Below, piece after piece: positions 8,901 to 16,293 of a DNA stretch of 54,652 nucleotides. This stretch comes from Candidatus Onthocola stercorigallinarum (GTDB lineage: Bacteria > Bacillota_I > Bacilli_A > RF39 > UBA660), in the NCBI GenBank assembly GCA_018715145.1, contig DVMD01000079.1, forward strand, positions 1 through 54,652, read 5' to 3'. Made by a program: the position numbers and the translations under genes. A model generated the notes under the pieces. The model had not been told where the DNA came from. It searched no databases and was given only the letters and a program-made list of their open reading frames with translations. Positions within the stretch are counted from its first letter, which is position 1, and each line of letters begins with the position of its first letter.

Positions 8901-10348
8901 CCATTGTCAAATGCTTTATACCCATATAATTCAGTACCGACATAAATACCAACATAGACATTATCAAAAGCATTTTTTAAATATTCTGCTCTTTTAGTTT
9001 TATCTTTTTCGGTTTCAAAATAATTTCTAATTTCTTCATTAGTAACTTTTAAATTAGCAGAACTTAATATTTGATTTACTTTTGCGTCTATAACGACATA
9101 AGGACAGTGATGACTGTCCTTATCAAATACTCCTAATTGTAAATTAGTTCTTTCGTTGTTATCTCCTCTGCTATCATCTTCAAGTTGTTCATTAAGCCTA
9201 CCCATTTCATCTGGTCTTGTTGTTTCAATTCCTCGTTGATATTCTCTTTTATCCTCATCTGTGATACTAATTGTTCCACTCTCATTTCTGATTGTTCCTG
9301 TATCTCTGATAGATGTTCCATCAACTGGTCTTTCATTAGGAGTGTTGTGTATAATGCTTTCTTGTGTTCTTTTAGGTAGTTTAGCCTCATCAATGCGTAT
9401 TTCCCATTGACTTCTTTCCTCTCTTTCGGTGGCAACATTAGGTCTGGTATTTTGTAATCTCCCTGCATTGTGTAAGTTACTTTTTGCATATTCCTCGCTC
9501 CTTTCACTTTCAATATTTCTGTTTTCACTTATATCATAATCTATTTGTTTTTCTTTATCAAATGTGCGAATTTTATCTATTTCATTTTTTCGTACATTTT
9601 TAATAGTAGCATATATTTCACGCAAACCCATTTCAGATATATCACTTGTAGCAACACCTAATCTAGTTATTGTGTCATAAGTATTGAACTCTTGTATATC
9701 TTTAAAATCATCTGCTTTAAAATATTCAGTAGGATCAATACCACATCTTTTCATCATCATAAAAGCAACACTATTTGATAATAAAGTCTGATATGTTGCT
9801 TTAATATGGTTATCATCTTGCGAGCCTAACATACTATTATCAGAAAATTGTTTTAAATCTTCTAAATAATCTGGCAAGTTATCTTCTACCATATTATATG
9901 CAGATGAAATAATTGCAGTCGCAAGAGAGGTTTTATTCTCTAATTCTCCATATCTGTTTTCTAATGCTTCTATAACATTTTCTTCATAAGCCTTTGTTAC
10001 TGTCCAAAGAAGAAAGTTTTTGCCTAATCTACTATTGGTATCCGATACATCAAACACATATCTTAAAAACGGATACCCATTTTTTTCGGTAAGTAGAGCA
10101 ATACCAGTCGCTCCTTTATTTACCCATCTTTTAAAACTTCTATTCCAAGTTTCAATTTCAGCACAAGCAACAGTTTCTGGTTTTTGGGCATATATAAGTG
10201 CTTGATCGGAGAAAGAATATTTATAATTCATTGCAGCACATTCCATAAATGAAAGCCACTCATCTGGACTTTTACTTATTTCTTTTAATGTTTCTCCATA
10301 TAATTCTGTAATATCTCTAATTCTTCTAGTCAATATAGTCACCTCCAT
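2975..10348 (-). CDS. Large polyvalent conjugative-element protein: ArdC-like N-terminal domain, N6-adenine DNA methyltransferase, SNF2/DEAD-type helicase, coiled-coil C-terminus
   Basis: 7.4-kb ORF. Methyltransferase motif I EPACGTGNF and catalytic GNVPFG lie around nt 7180-7390. Helicase Walker A is AHEVGAGKT (about 5360-5385), the DEAH box is VDEAHYYKN (about 4880) and motif VI is QRSGRIIRQGN (about 3890). The N-terminus (SFMECAAMNYKYSFSDQALIYAQKPETVACAEIETWNRSFKRWVNKGATGIAL) resembles ArdC-type ssDNA-binding domains. A TTG start at 10333 behind GGAGGTGA is a possible alternative. Confidence 0.9.
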   Translation of the reverse strand: MEVTILTRRIRDITELYGETLKEISKSPDEWLSFMECAAMNYKYSFSDQALIYAQKPETVACAEIETWNRSFKRWVNKGATGIALLTEKNGYPFLRYVFDVSDTNSRLGKNFLLWTVTKAYEENVIEALENRYGELENKTSLATAIISSAYNMVEDNLPDYLEDLKQFSDNSMLGSQDDNHIKATYQTLLSNSVAFMMMKRCGIDPTEYFKADDFKDIQEFNTYDTITRLGVATSDISEMGLREIYATIKNVRKNEIDKIRTFDKEKQIDYDISENRNIESERSEEYAKSNLHNAGRLQNTRPNVATEREERSQWEIRIDEAKLPKRTQESIIHNTPNERPVDGTSIRDTGTIRNESGTISITDEDKREYQRGIETTRPDEMGRLNEQLEDDSRGDNNERTNLQLGVFDKDSHHCPYVVIDAKVNQILSSANLKVTNEEIRNYFETEKDKTKRAEYLKNAFDNVYVGIYVGTELYGYKAFDNGLLIWKGNFLSRDTESFISWEDLTEHYNSMILLKQLYDRKQKLPTEKEQLSLLDLTEEQERPELEFSQEFIDTFFQEQNSERKYYIYRQLQSSLSTSDNITFLKNLYGISGSSHTVKGSGVGFNSNGKGITLYRGYEADEIEILLKWNTIEKRLKELISLDRYLNPKEKEYYPTWLEKYENSQREEYKDENVLEQEEQNDIEIVEQQEDFIEEYEYHLGDKVYIGAEEYEILSFDENTVRLYDYQYPLFNKEMTREEFDRKVQENPANDHLKVKKSKTVEEITPKEETKEEIQEQTSQVDDLVGEHLTIDNREFIVDTIHNDRVSLRDVTFQGTTGFPIFREENIDYVKELLTEKEKTEFVPAFEKKKKSKVTTFDLHPEIKNEDRYNFHITDDMLGVGTDREKFNRNVEAIKVLKLCEKENRFATPEEQKVLSQYVGWGGLPQAFDEKNSSWESEYLELKNLLDEDEYKSAMESTLTAFYTPPVVIRTMYKALEQMGMKTANILEPACGTGNFIGMLPETLNECKLYGVELDKISGKIAQQLYQKSSIAVQGFENTALPDSFFDGCIGNVPFGDFKLLDKKYDKHNFLIHDYFFAKAIDKVRPGGVIAFITSKGTLDKESSAVRKYIAQRADLLGAIRLPDNTFKANAGTKVTSDIIFLQKRDSITDLEPEWVHLDTNEDGIKMNKYFIDYPEMICGNMVMESTQFGMDSACKANEDTTLEEQLNKAIQNIHAEIKEYEFDDVEENEEDLSIPADVSVRNFSYTLVDNKIYYRENSRMYPQELPLTTQNRIKGLIEIRDCVRTLIELQTEDYPDEDIKQEQRKLNVLYDNFTKKYGLINSRANTSAFSNDNSFYLLCSLEILDENKELKCKADMFTKRTIKPNIEITKVDTAQEALVVSISEKARVDLDYMQKLTGMDMDKMIEDLEGQIFNVPTYGDPNIWVTADEYLSGNVREKLKIAEEFSKTDSRFETNVKHLKEVQPKDLEASEIAVRLGATWLPPEDIEEFMWYLLTPSWYVKDSVKVHYMESTAQWSIENKNYDRGNVKANSTFGTHRVNAYKIIEETLNLKDVRVYDYTIDDEGRRVPELNKKETAIAQAKQEQIKSAFEEWIWTDPERRQRLCKIYNEKFNSIRPREFDGSHIRFNGMNPEIKLRKHQINGVARILYGGNTLLAHEVGAGKTFTMVAAAMEAKRLGLCNKSMFVVPNHIVEQFSSEFLQLYPSANILVTTKKDFETGNRKKFCSRIATGDYDAVIISHSQFEKIPMSVERQTQILQKQIDDIMRSIADLKENHGERFTIKQLMKTQKTLETKLKKLNDTSRKDDVVTFEELGVDRIFVDEAHYYKNLFLYTKMRNVGGIAQTEAQKSSDLYMKCRYLDELTGGKGVTFATGTPVSNSMVELYTMQRYLQYAELEKRNLQNFDAWASTFGETVTAIELAPEGTGYRAKTRFAKFYNLPELLAMFKEVADIQTSDMLNLPVPKANYENVVVKPTELQKEMVAELAERAERVRNKMVDSSIDNMLKITNDGRKLALDQRLMNEILPDDPNSKVATCAKNIYRIWEENKDQKLTQLVFCDLSTPHNDGKFNVYDDLKKKLEEMGVPEDEVQFIHYANTDIRKKELFAKVRKGITRVLMGSTQKMGAGTNCQDKLIALHDLDCPWRPSDLIQRSGRIIRQGNNNPEVFIYRYVTEGTFDAYLYQLVENKQRFISQIMTSKTPVRSAEDIDETALSYAEIKSLASGNPLIIEKTELDTEVAKLKLLKQSHLSQIYAIEDKIIKYYPNEIKRLKTKISDLKEDIELLNSNLQTEEIKFDSMVIKDKTYTDRMEAGNRILEICKGMTNPEPIELGEYKGFKTSIEFDKVGRTFNLILKNKLSYEVSLGTDPSGNITRIDNKLKDINEILKDTITSLEDTNLQFENAKEEAKRPFKQEQELKEKSKRLDELNIKLNMNDKEKEVIDFSDNEEVECQTYEKAYAR
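9133..9489 (-). CDS. TnpV-like protein (118 aa) encoded in an alternative frame inside the giant polyvalent gene
   Basis: The same-strand alternative frame is open over 9133..9528. AAAGGAG lies 8 nt upstream of ATG 9489. Product: MQKVTYTMQGDYKIPDLMLPPKERKEVNGKYALMRLNYLKEHKKALYTTLLMKDQLMEHLSEIQEQSEMRVEQLVSQMRIKENINEELKQQDQMKWVGLMNNLKMIAEEITTKELIYN. From memory this matches the transposon-encoded TnpV family along its whole length. Confidence 0.55.
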   Translation of the reverse strand: MQKVTYTMQGDYKIPDLMLPPKERKEVNGKYALMRLNYLKEHKKALYTTLLMKDQLMEHLSEIQEQSEMRVEQLVSQMRIKENINEELKQQDQMKWVGLMNNLKMIAEEITTKELIYN

Positions 10349-10368
10349 TCTGTTTTATATTTTGCTTC

Positions 10369-10704
10369 TTATTCATTATTCATTTCTTGTTTTTTCGCTT
10401 CTCTTACCTTTTGTAGGACTTCAAAATAGTTGGTACTAATATCTAGGTCATCTACATTGTAAATTAGCATATATATAATTTCTGACGCTTCATTAGGATA
10501 AAATCTAATATCAACTTTTGTATCTTGTCCCTCCTCTGTTCTTGGAATACTATATCTTAATAGTTTATCTTTCATTTTAGTTGCAAGTTGTGCAACTCTT
10601 TCATCACTCATTTGTGTATATCTTGTAAGCATTTCCACTAATAAATTAAATTTTTCTATACTTAATTCCACTTTTACAGGTGGTATTCTTTTTTGATATG
10701 GCAT
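10369..10704 (-). CDS. Hypothetical conjugative-element protein (111 aa)
   Basis: ORF with GGAG-type RBS context, co-oriented and tightly packed with its neighbours. No motif recognised. Confidence 0.6.
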   Translation of the reverse strand: MPYQKRIPPVKVELSIEKFNLLVEMLTRYTQMSDERVAQLATKMKDKLLRYSIPRTEEGQDTKVDIRFYPNEASEIIYMLIYNVDDLDISTNYFEVLQKVREAKKQEMNNE

Positions 10705-10719
10705 TTTATAATCTCCTTT

Positions 10720-10914
10720 CTATCTTTCAAAATCTCTATTTTCTTTTACTTTGCTGACTAAAGAAATATTGTTTTGATATTTTTCTAATGCTTCTTTCAA
10801 AGCAGTATTTGCTAGTAATTCATCTACTTTTGATTGTGCTTCTTTTTTATTATGTGCTTGAACTTCAAAAGTAATTTTTCCATTTATATTTACATCTACT
10901 TCAAATGTTTTCAT
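10720..10914 (-). CDS. Hypothetical small protein (64 aa)
   Basis: Its start overlaps the stop of the upstream 77-aa ORF by 4 nt (coupling). No motif recognised. Confidence 0.5.
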   Translation of the reverse strand: MKTFEVDVNINGKITFEVQAHNKKEAQSKVDELLANTALKEALEKYQNNISLVSKVKENRDFER

Positions 10915-11144
10915 TTGCTCTCATTTCCTTTCTCATAATTTCCACTTAAAAAAGCAATTATCTGTTTATTTTTAATTGCTTCTTTGAACTCAATAATAGT
11001 CATTATTTCGGCAGAAGATAATGTTGGTATTTTCTTTAAATCTGCCATCTGCATTGCAAGTATTTTTTTATCTGTATTAAAACCTGCTTTAAATAATTTT
11101 TCTAATGTTTTTGTAATTAGATTTAAACTATACTTTACCTCCAT
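10911..11144 (-). CDS. Hypothetical small protein (77 aa)
   Basis: Compact ORF between the sortase gene and the 64-aa ORF. No motif recognised. Confidence 0.5.
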   Translation of the reverse strand: MEVKYSLNLITKTLEKLFKAGFNTDKKILAMQMADLKKIPTLSSAEIMTIIEFKEAIKNKQIIAFLSGNYEKGNESK

Positions 11145-11156
11145 TTTATCCCTCCT

Positions 11157-11816
11157 CTATATCTTTTCTACCAATTCACATATAATTACTATTTGTTTAT
11201 TAGTATTATGTCTGCACGTTATTAGTGTTAAAGTGCTTTTTTGGGCATTTCTTGTTATTTCAACACTTCCAGTTTTTTCTACATCATAAGTATTTATCAT
11301 TCTGTACTTATACTCATATCCATTGTAGAAAATACTAACCGTGTCATCTATTTGTAATTTATCAAGATTTTTAAAAAATGCTGTTCTTCCATTTCCACTA
11401 TGTGCAGCTAAAATAACATTTCCATTTTCTTGATCAGGCATATCTGATTCATCTAGTATTTTAATGTTTCGATTTACATTATTATAATAACTATCTTTGG
11501 CAACTAATCCTTTTTCTAGTCCTATACTAGGTATTTTTAAAACTGCAATATAATCTAGTGAATTTGTACTTTTTGCTTGTTCAGTTGTATTATCCGTTTC
11601 TTCTGTTTCAGTTGGTATTTCATTATCAATTTTTTCTTGTTCTTCATAAAATTCTACCAAAGCAATATCTTCTAAATTATCTGCTCTTACATCAAGGAAT
11701 ATTTTAATTCCAATTACACTAATACCAATTAAGATAAGCAAAGAGCCAACTATTAAAAGTTGACTCTTTTTGCCTTTCTTATTGTTGTTTTTTTCTTTTT
11801 TTAACATAAACAACAA
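11157..11816 (-). CDS. Sortase (membrane-anchored cysteine transpeptidase)
   Basis: N-terminal TM segment, catalytic His context ILAAHSGNG, catalytic Cys motif LTLITCRHN. It overlaps the adhesin 3' end by 38 nt. Confidence 0.85.
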   Translation of the reverse strand: MLFMLKKEKNNNKKGKKSQLLIVGSLLILIGISVIGIKIFLDVRADNLEDIALVEFYEEQEKIDNEIPTETEETDNTTEQAKSTNSLDYIAVLKIPSIGLEKGLVAKDSYYNNVNRNIKILDESDMPDQENGNVILAAHSGNGRTAFFKNLDKLQIDDTVSIFYNGYEYKYRMINTYDVEKTGSVEITRNAQKSTLTLITCRHNTNKQIVIICELVEKI

Positions 11817-14550
11817 CTCCTATTCCACTTATAATTAGTAATCCACCAACAATTTCGATAATATGATAATCGTTAATTCCTGTATTTGGAACTTCAACAA
11901 CAACTTTTTCATTTTCCATTGTGGCTTTTACAATTTCTCCATCCTCAAGAATTTCAAAATACATTCTTTCTTCATTAAGGATATAGCCCTCTGGTGCCTC
12001 TTTTTCTAAAATATAATAGCGACCATATCTCATTTCTTCAATAATAATTTTTCCATTTTCGTCAGTTCTACCACTAAATACTAATTCATCTTTGTCATTA
12101 TAAATTTCAATTAGTGTATTTGGTAATGGTGTTCCTGTTGATAAATCTACTTTTGTAAATTCAAGAGTACCTGTAATAGGTTTATTTTTCATTTCTGCTT
12201 TAATTACCTCGCCATCTTCTGTGATTTCAAAAGTAACTTTTTCATCTGTTATTACATAGCCAGTTGCACTTTCCTTTTCTAAAATATAGTATTTTTTTCC
12301 TGCAACTAGGTCAGTAATTATAATTTGACCATTCTCATCAGTTTCTCCTGTGAAAATTAGTTCATCTGTATCTTCTACATAGATTTCAATAACTGTATTT
12401 GAAATAGGCTCTCCATTTACTAAATCAGTTTTTGTAAATTCAAGTTCTCCCTTTTTCAATTCATTTTTTAATTTTAATGTTTCAGATACAATGGCAGTTT
12501 TATTATCAATTTCAGTTAATTCAATTTTGTGTTCAGTTGTATCAATAACGTGATTATCTACTGTCTTGGTTTCCTTAATTAGATATTTTCCCAAATAAAG
12601 GTCAGTAAATGTGGCAGTTCCCTCTGATCCTGTTTCAATAGATTTTATGAACTCGCCCTTTTTATAATGAGTAACACCATCTGGTGTAATAATGTCCTCA
12701 TCTGCATAAATTGAAAACTCTACTCCACTTAATTTGATTTCTTCATAAGAGTATTTTCCATCTTCAATAGTAAATGCTTCTCCTGTTTTTTCGATTACAA
12801 CTTCGCCCATTATTTTATCATTAGCAAATTCAACTTCAATATATTTGCCATAATCATCATCTTCGATAATTGTACTATTCTCATCTAATCTAAATACAAT
12901 ACCTTCTTCATTTAAAAGATAGCCAGACGGACTTGTTAGTTCCTCGATTTGATAAGTGGCACTTGTTAAAGGGTATGGAGTGATAAACACACCGTTTTCA
13001 TCTGTTTTGAACTCGCAAATTTCTTCTTTATCTGGATAAGTTACTTTTTGACATACATATTCTCCCGTATCAAGATTTTTAATTTTAAATGTTACATTTT
13101 CATAAGGTATAACTTTTCCAGATTCAGAGTCTGTCTTTACAAGTTTTAATTTTGCTGTAATTGGAGCATTTGATAATGAATATCTTATTGTTTCTGGTGA
13201 ATTTCCATTAACAACTATTTTAAAGTCTTTTACTTTTTCGTGTCCATCTGTTGTATTAAGTTGTTTTACTGTATAAGTGCCATAAACGAGATTAACTTTT
13301 GAGTAACCTTGTTCATCTGTCTTAACAGTTGTAACGTGATTTCCCTTGCTATCATAAATACCAAATTCGATATTAACTTCTGGTTTTAAAATTCCTGTTT
13401 CTGCACTTGCATAATACTTATTGATTTCAACATCTCTTTTAATGATTTGCTCATACACACTTATTGCAGGGTGTAAATCTTCAGTAGTAATTTCAAAATA
13501 GTATTTATTTGTATCTAGTTCATAACCTGTACTTGGACTAATTTCTTTTAAATAGAATGTTCCAATGTCTGGTAAAATTGGACTTGTTACTGTACCATCT
13601 GCTTTTGTTGTAACTTTTTCTACTAATTCATCATTAAGATTATAAATACCATAAACTGCTCCCTCTAGTGTTGCTTCAACACCTTGTGGCTCGTTTGTTT
13701 GAGTATCATTATCTTTCTTTTCTACTGTTACATCTCCACCTTTGGTATCGACTTTAACAGAAGCAACTACTGGATCAGAAAATCTAAAATAACCCATTTT
13801 TTGAGAATTTACTCCATTTCCTAAATACACAATAGTTGTAAAATTATCGTAATGTTTTCTTACAACATTTAATGTTTGCTCACCAACTTCAAGTGGTGTG
13901 ACATATATATCATTTCCATCTATTCTAACAGAAAGTCCATCAGAACTATAAACTTCATATTCACTTAATACACCATTTGTATCAGTTAGTTTAAATTCTT
14001 GACCTATTACTGCTTCTTGTGTTGTTCCATTGAAGCTAGGTTTATTATAATGAGAATTTACTAATCTCATTATTTCATTTTTCTCTGCGTCTATGTTGAT
14101 ATAATCCCCATATCCAGAGGCTTGAGTCCAAAATTCTACAATTTGACCACCTGTTGTTTCCCATATAAGGGCTTGTGCAGCCATTCTATATCTTAATGTT
14201 TGATGTCCGGGATAGTCATATCCATAGTGACCAATAAGTTCTATTTTTTTATTGATCTCATCACTATATGGAGATGACTGTAATCCATCATAGCCTAAAT
14301 AACTTGTTGTAGCAATATCAATTCCCGGCTCTATGCAATAGACAACTTTTCCGTTCATCGTATAAGTTTCATATTGTGCTGACATATATGGCTTTCCACC
14401 ACCACGTCTTGTGTACCATACATCTGGTACTTTTGGATGTGATAATGTTTCATTTGTCGCTGCACTTACTATTGCTGGTATAGAAAAAGCAAATACTTCA
14501 AACAAAGTAAGTGCTATTAACAATACTGATAATAATTTTTTCTTTTTCAT
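11779..14550 (-). CDS. Cell-wall-anchored adhesin: signal peptide, thioester-like N-terminal domain, multiple Cna-B/SpaA-type repeats, VPNTG sorting signal
   Basis: Signal peptide MKKKKLLSVLLIALTLFEVFAFS. The YCIEPG and AAQALIWE pair is typical of Cys-Gln thioester domains. Repeated modules include TDENGQIIITDLVAGKKYYILEKESATGYVI and TDENGKIIIEEMRYGRYYILEKEAPEGYIL. The C-terminus is VPNTG, a hydrophobic helix and KKRKKQQ. Confidence 0.9.
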   Translation of the reverse strand: MKKKKLLSVLLIALTLFEVFAFSIPAIVSAATNETLSHPKVPDVWYTRRGGGKPYMSAQYETYTMNGKVVYCIEPGIDIATTSYLGYDGLQSSPYSDEINKKIELIGHYGYDYPGHQTLRYRMAAQALIWETTGGQIVEFWTQASGYGDYINIDAEKNEIMRLVNSHYNKPSFNGTTQEAVIGQEFKLTDTNGVLSEYEVYSSDGLSVRIDGNDIYVTPLEVGEQTLNVVRKHYDNFTTIVYLGNGVNSQKMGYFRFSDPVVASVKVDTKGGDVTVEKKDNDTQTNEPQGVEATLEGAVYGIYNLNDELVEKVTTKADGTVTSPILPDIGTFYLKEISPSTGYELDTNKYYFEITTEDLHPAISVYEQIIKRDVEINKYYASAETGILKPEVNIEFGIYDSKGNHVTTVKTDEQGYSKVNLVYGTYTVKQLNTTDGHEKVKDFKIVVNGNSPETIRYSLSNAPITAKLKLVKTDSESGKVIPYENVTFKIKNLDTGEYVCQKVTYPDKEEICEFKTDENGVFITPYPLTSATYQIEELTSPSGYLLNEEGIVFRLDENSTIIEDDDYGKYIEVEFANDKIMGEVVIEKTGEAFTIEDGKYSYEEIKLSGVEFSIYADEDIITPDGVTHYKKGEFIKSIETGSEGTATFTDLYLGKYLIKETKTVDNHVIDTTEHKIELTEIDNKTAIVSETLKLKNELKKGELEFTKTDLVNGEPISNTVIEIYVEDTDELIFTGETDENGQIIITDLVAGKKYYILEKESATGYVITDEKVTFEITEDGEVIKAEMKNKPITGTLEFTKVDLSTGTPLPNTLIEIYNDKDELVFSGRTDENGKIIIEEMRYGRYYILEKEAPEGYILNEERMYFEILEDGEIVKATMENEKVVVEVPNTGINDYHIIEIVGGLLIISGIGVVVYVKKRKKQQ

Positions 14551-14575
14551 ACTCTATCATTTCCTTTCCTAAATT

Positions 14576-14604
14576 AAAAAAAGCAACCGTTTTATTGGTC
14601 GCTT
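14576..14604 (-). terminator. Rho-independent terminator after the 204-aa gene
   Basis: The minus strand reads AAGCGACC-aataaaac-GGTTGCTT followed by TTTTTTT. Confidence 0.5.
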
Positions 14605-14624
14605 ATAACTAAAATTTTATTTAA

Positions 14625-15239
14625 TTATTCCATTGGATTTGTATAATCAATGTGTAACTTATATCCTAACACTTCGCCTTTATAAATTATTTCTTGACAA
14701 CTAAAACCCAATATATTTACTGTGTCTGCAAAGGCTTTTTCAAAACCTGCTTTCTGGCATTCCTCGTAAGTATCATATTCCACCTGTTTTTTTAACCTTT
14801 CATATTCCTCATCAACTTGTGGTGTTTGCTCCTGTATTTCTTCTTGAACATTGCTAGTAGTTGGTGGATTTTGAGTTGGTAATTGTTCTTCTTGAATTTG
14901 AGATTTGTTTTCGCTTTGCTCCGTTTTAACAGACTGTTTCGTTTCCTCTTTTGGAGTTACAGTAGTTTGTTTTTCGGTATTCCTTTGAGCCTCTTTATTT
15001 TCTTGCTCCTCTTGTTTTTCTTCTGTCGCTCCATTTGAAGTTTCTGCCTTTTCTGTTTCATTAACCGTTTCTATATTTTCTTTCATCTCATTTGTTTCTT
15101 CAATTTCACTTCCCACGTTCACTTTTTCTTCCACCTCTGTTTTCGCATTTTCTCTGTTTAGTGTTAATATTGCAACACCAATAGCAATCAAGAGCACAAA
15201 AATAATTACAACTACAACTTTTTTTCTCATACCAATCAC
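14625..15239 (-). CDS. Membrane-anchored protein with E/Q/T-rich low-complexity region and small Cys-containing C-terminal domain
   Basis: N-terminal TM segment VVVVIIFVLLIAIGVAILTL, a long acidic low-complexity spacer and a structured tail YEECQKAGFEKAFADTVNILGFSCQEIIYKG. Confidence 0.65.
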   Translation of the reverse strand: MIGMRKKVVVVIIFVLLIAIGVAILTLNRENAKTEVEEKVNVGSEIEETNEMKENIETVNETEKAETSNGATEEKQEEQENKEAQRNTEKQTTVTPKEETKQSVKTEQSENKSQIQEEQLPTQNPPTTSNVQEEIQEQTPQVDEEYERLKKQVEYDTYEECQKAGFEKAFADTVNILGFSCQEIIYKGEVLGYKLHIDYTNPME

Positions 15240-15375
15240 TTCCTTTGGTATTAGTATAATCTAAAATATTTATTCTTGCATTTGTGTAATTATATATTTT
15301 TTTTCAGTTAGTATTACAGTTAGTAATATACTAGGGAGGTTTGTAAGGAGGGATTTACCGTAAAAGATACTCCCA

Positions 15376-16293
15376 CTACCTTGCTTCCATACTTCGCTTT
15401 TTTTCCAAATACCTGTTGTAAAAGTCCAATGCTTTGTAAATGTGATCGGCATATTTCTCCTTTGGCATACCTCTTGGCATTTTTGGAGTTAGGTTTTTGA
15501 AATCAAGTTTTAATTTTTCTACTTGATTTGGCTTTTGTTGGCTCAAAAGTTCTTCGATTTTATCTTCATCTAAATTCCCACTTTGACTTAATCGTTTCAA
15601 CTCTTGAGCTTGAGATAACGATGGTGTAGCAACATTACATTCAATACTATTCATAAGCCATTTTTGTTCTTGCTTTGTTAAGAATGAAAGTTCTACTGCT
15701 GGACTAAATGCAATTTCTTCATTATCGACCATATCAAGCAATGGCTTTATTAGTTCAGTAAGTCTTATATATCTTTGTATTTGTGATTTGCTATCTGGAC
15801 TATTAGCAGATAATTTTTCTACTGATGTCAACTTCTCCCCAACTTGGTCAGAAGTTAAATCATTTCTCTTGCCTTGATGTGTCATTGCTTCTAATTTCAT
15901 TTTATAAGCAAATGCTCTTTCACTAAATAGTATTTTTTGTCTTTGTTGCAAGTTACTATCAACCATTATAATTGCAGCCTGCTCATCAGTTAAATCTCGA
16001 ACAATACAAGGCATAGTATTTTTATTTGCAATTTCACTTGCTTTCTTTCTTCTATGTCCAGAAATCATTTGATATTTACCATTTCCTATTGATCTTACTA
16101 ACGCAGGCTCTCGTACGCCATCTTTTTCTATACTACTTGCCATTTCTTTTAATTCATCATTTACAATAACTCTAAATGGGTGATTTGGAAAGTCCTCAAT
16201 TTCTGTTATTGGTATATCAATAACTTTTTCTAAATTAGCCGTTTGTCTTTCTTCCTCTGTTGTAAATAACTCATCTAACTTTGGTAACGGCAT
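15376..16293 (-). CDS. parB: ParB/Noc-family partition protein
   Basis: ParB N-terminal box GVREPALVRSIGNGKYQMISGHRRKKA. The track ORF extends to 16443, but that stretch overlaps parA. ATG 16293 (MPLPKLDELF) gives the usual short parA-parB overlap. Confidence 0.85.
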   Translation of the reverse strand: MPLPKLDELFTTEEERQTANLEKVIDIPITEIEDFPNHPFRVIVNDELKEMASSIEKDGVREPALVRSIGNGKYQMISGHRRKKASEIANKNTMPCIVRDLTDEQAAIIMVDSNLQQRQKILFSERAFAYKMKLEAMTHQGKRNDLTSDQVGEKLTSVEKLSANSPDSKSQIQRYIRLTELIKPLLDMVDNEEIAFSPAVELSFLTKQEQKWLMNSIECNVATPSLSQAQELKRLSQSGNLDEDKIEELLSQQKPNQVEKLKLDFKNLTPKMPRGMPKEKYADHIYKALDFYNRYLEKKRSMEAR

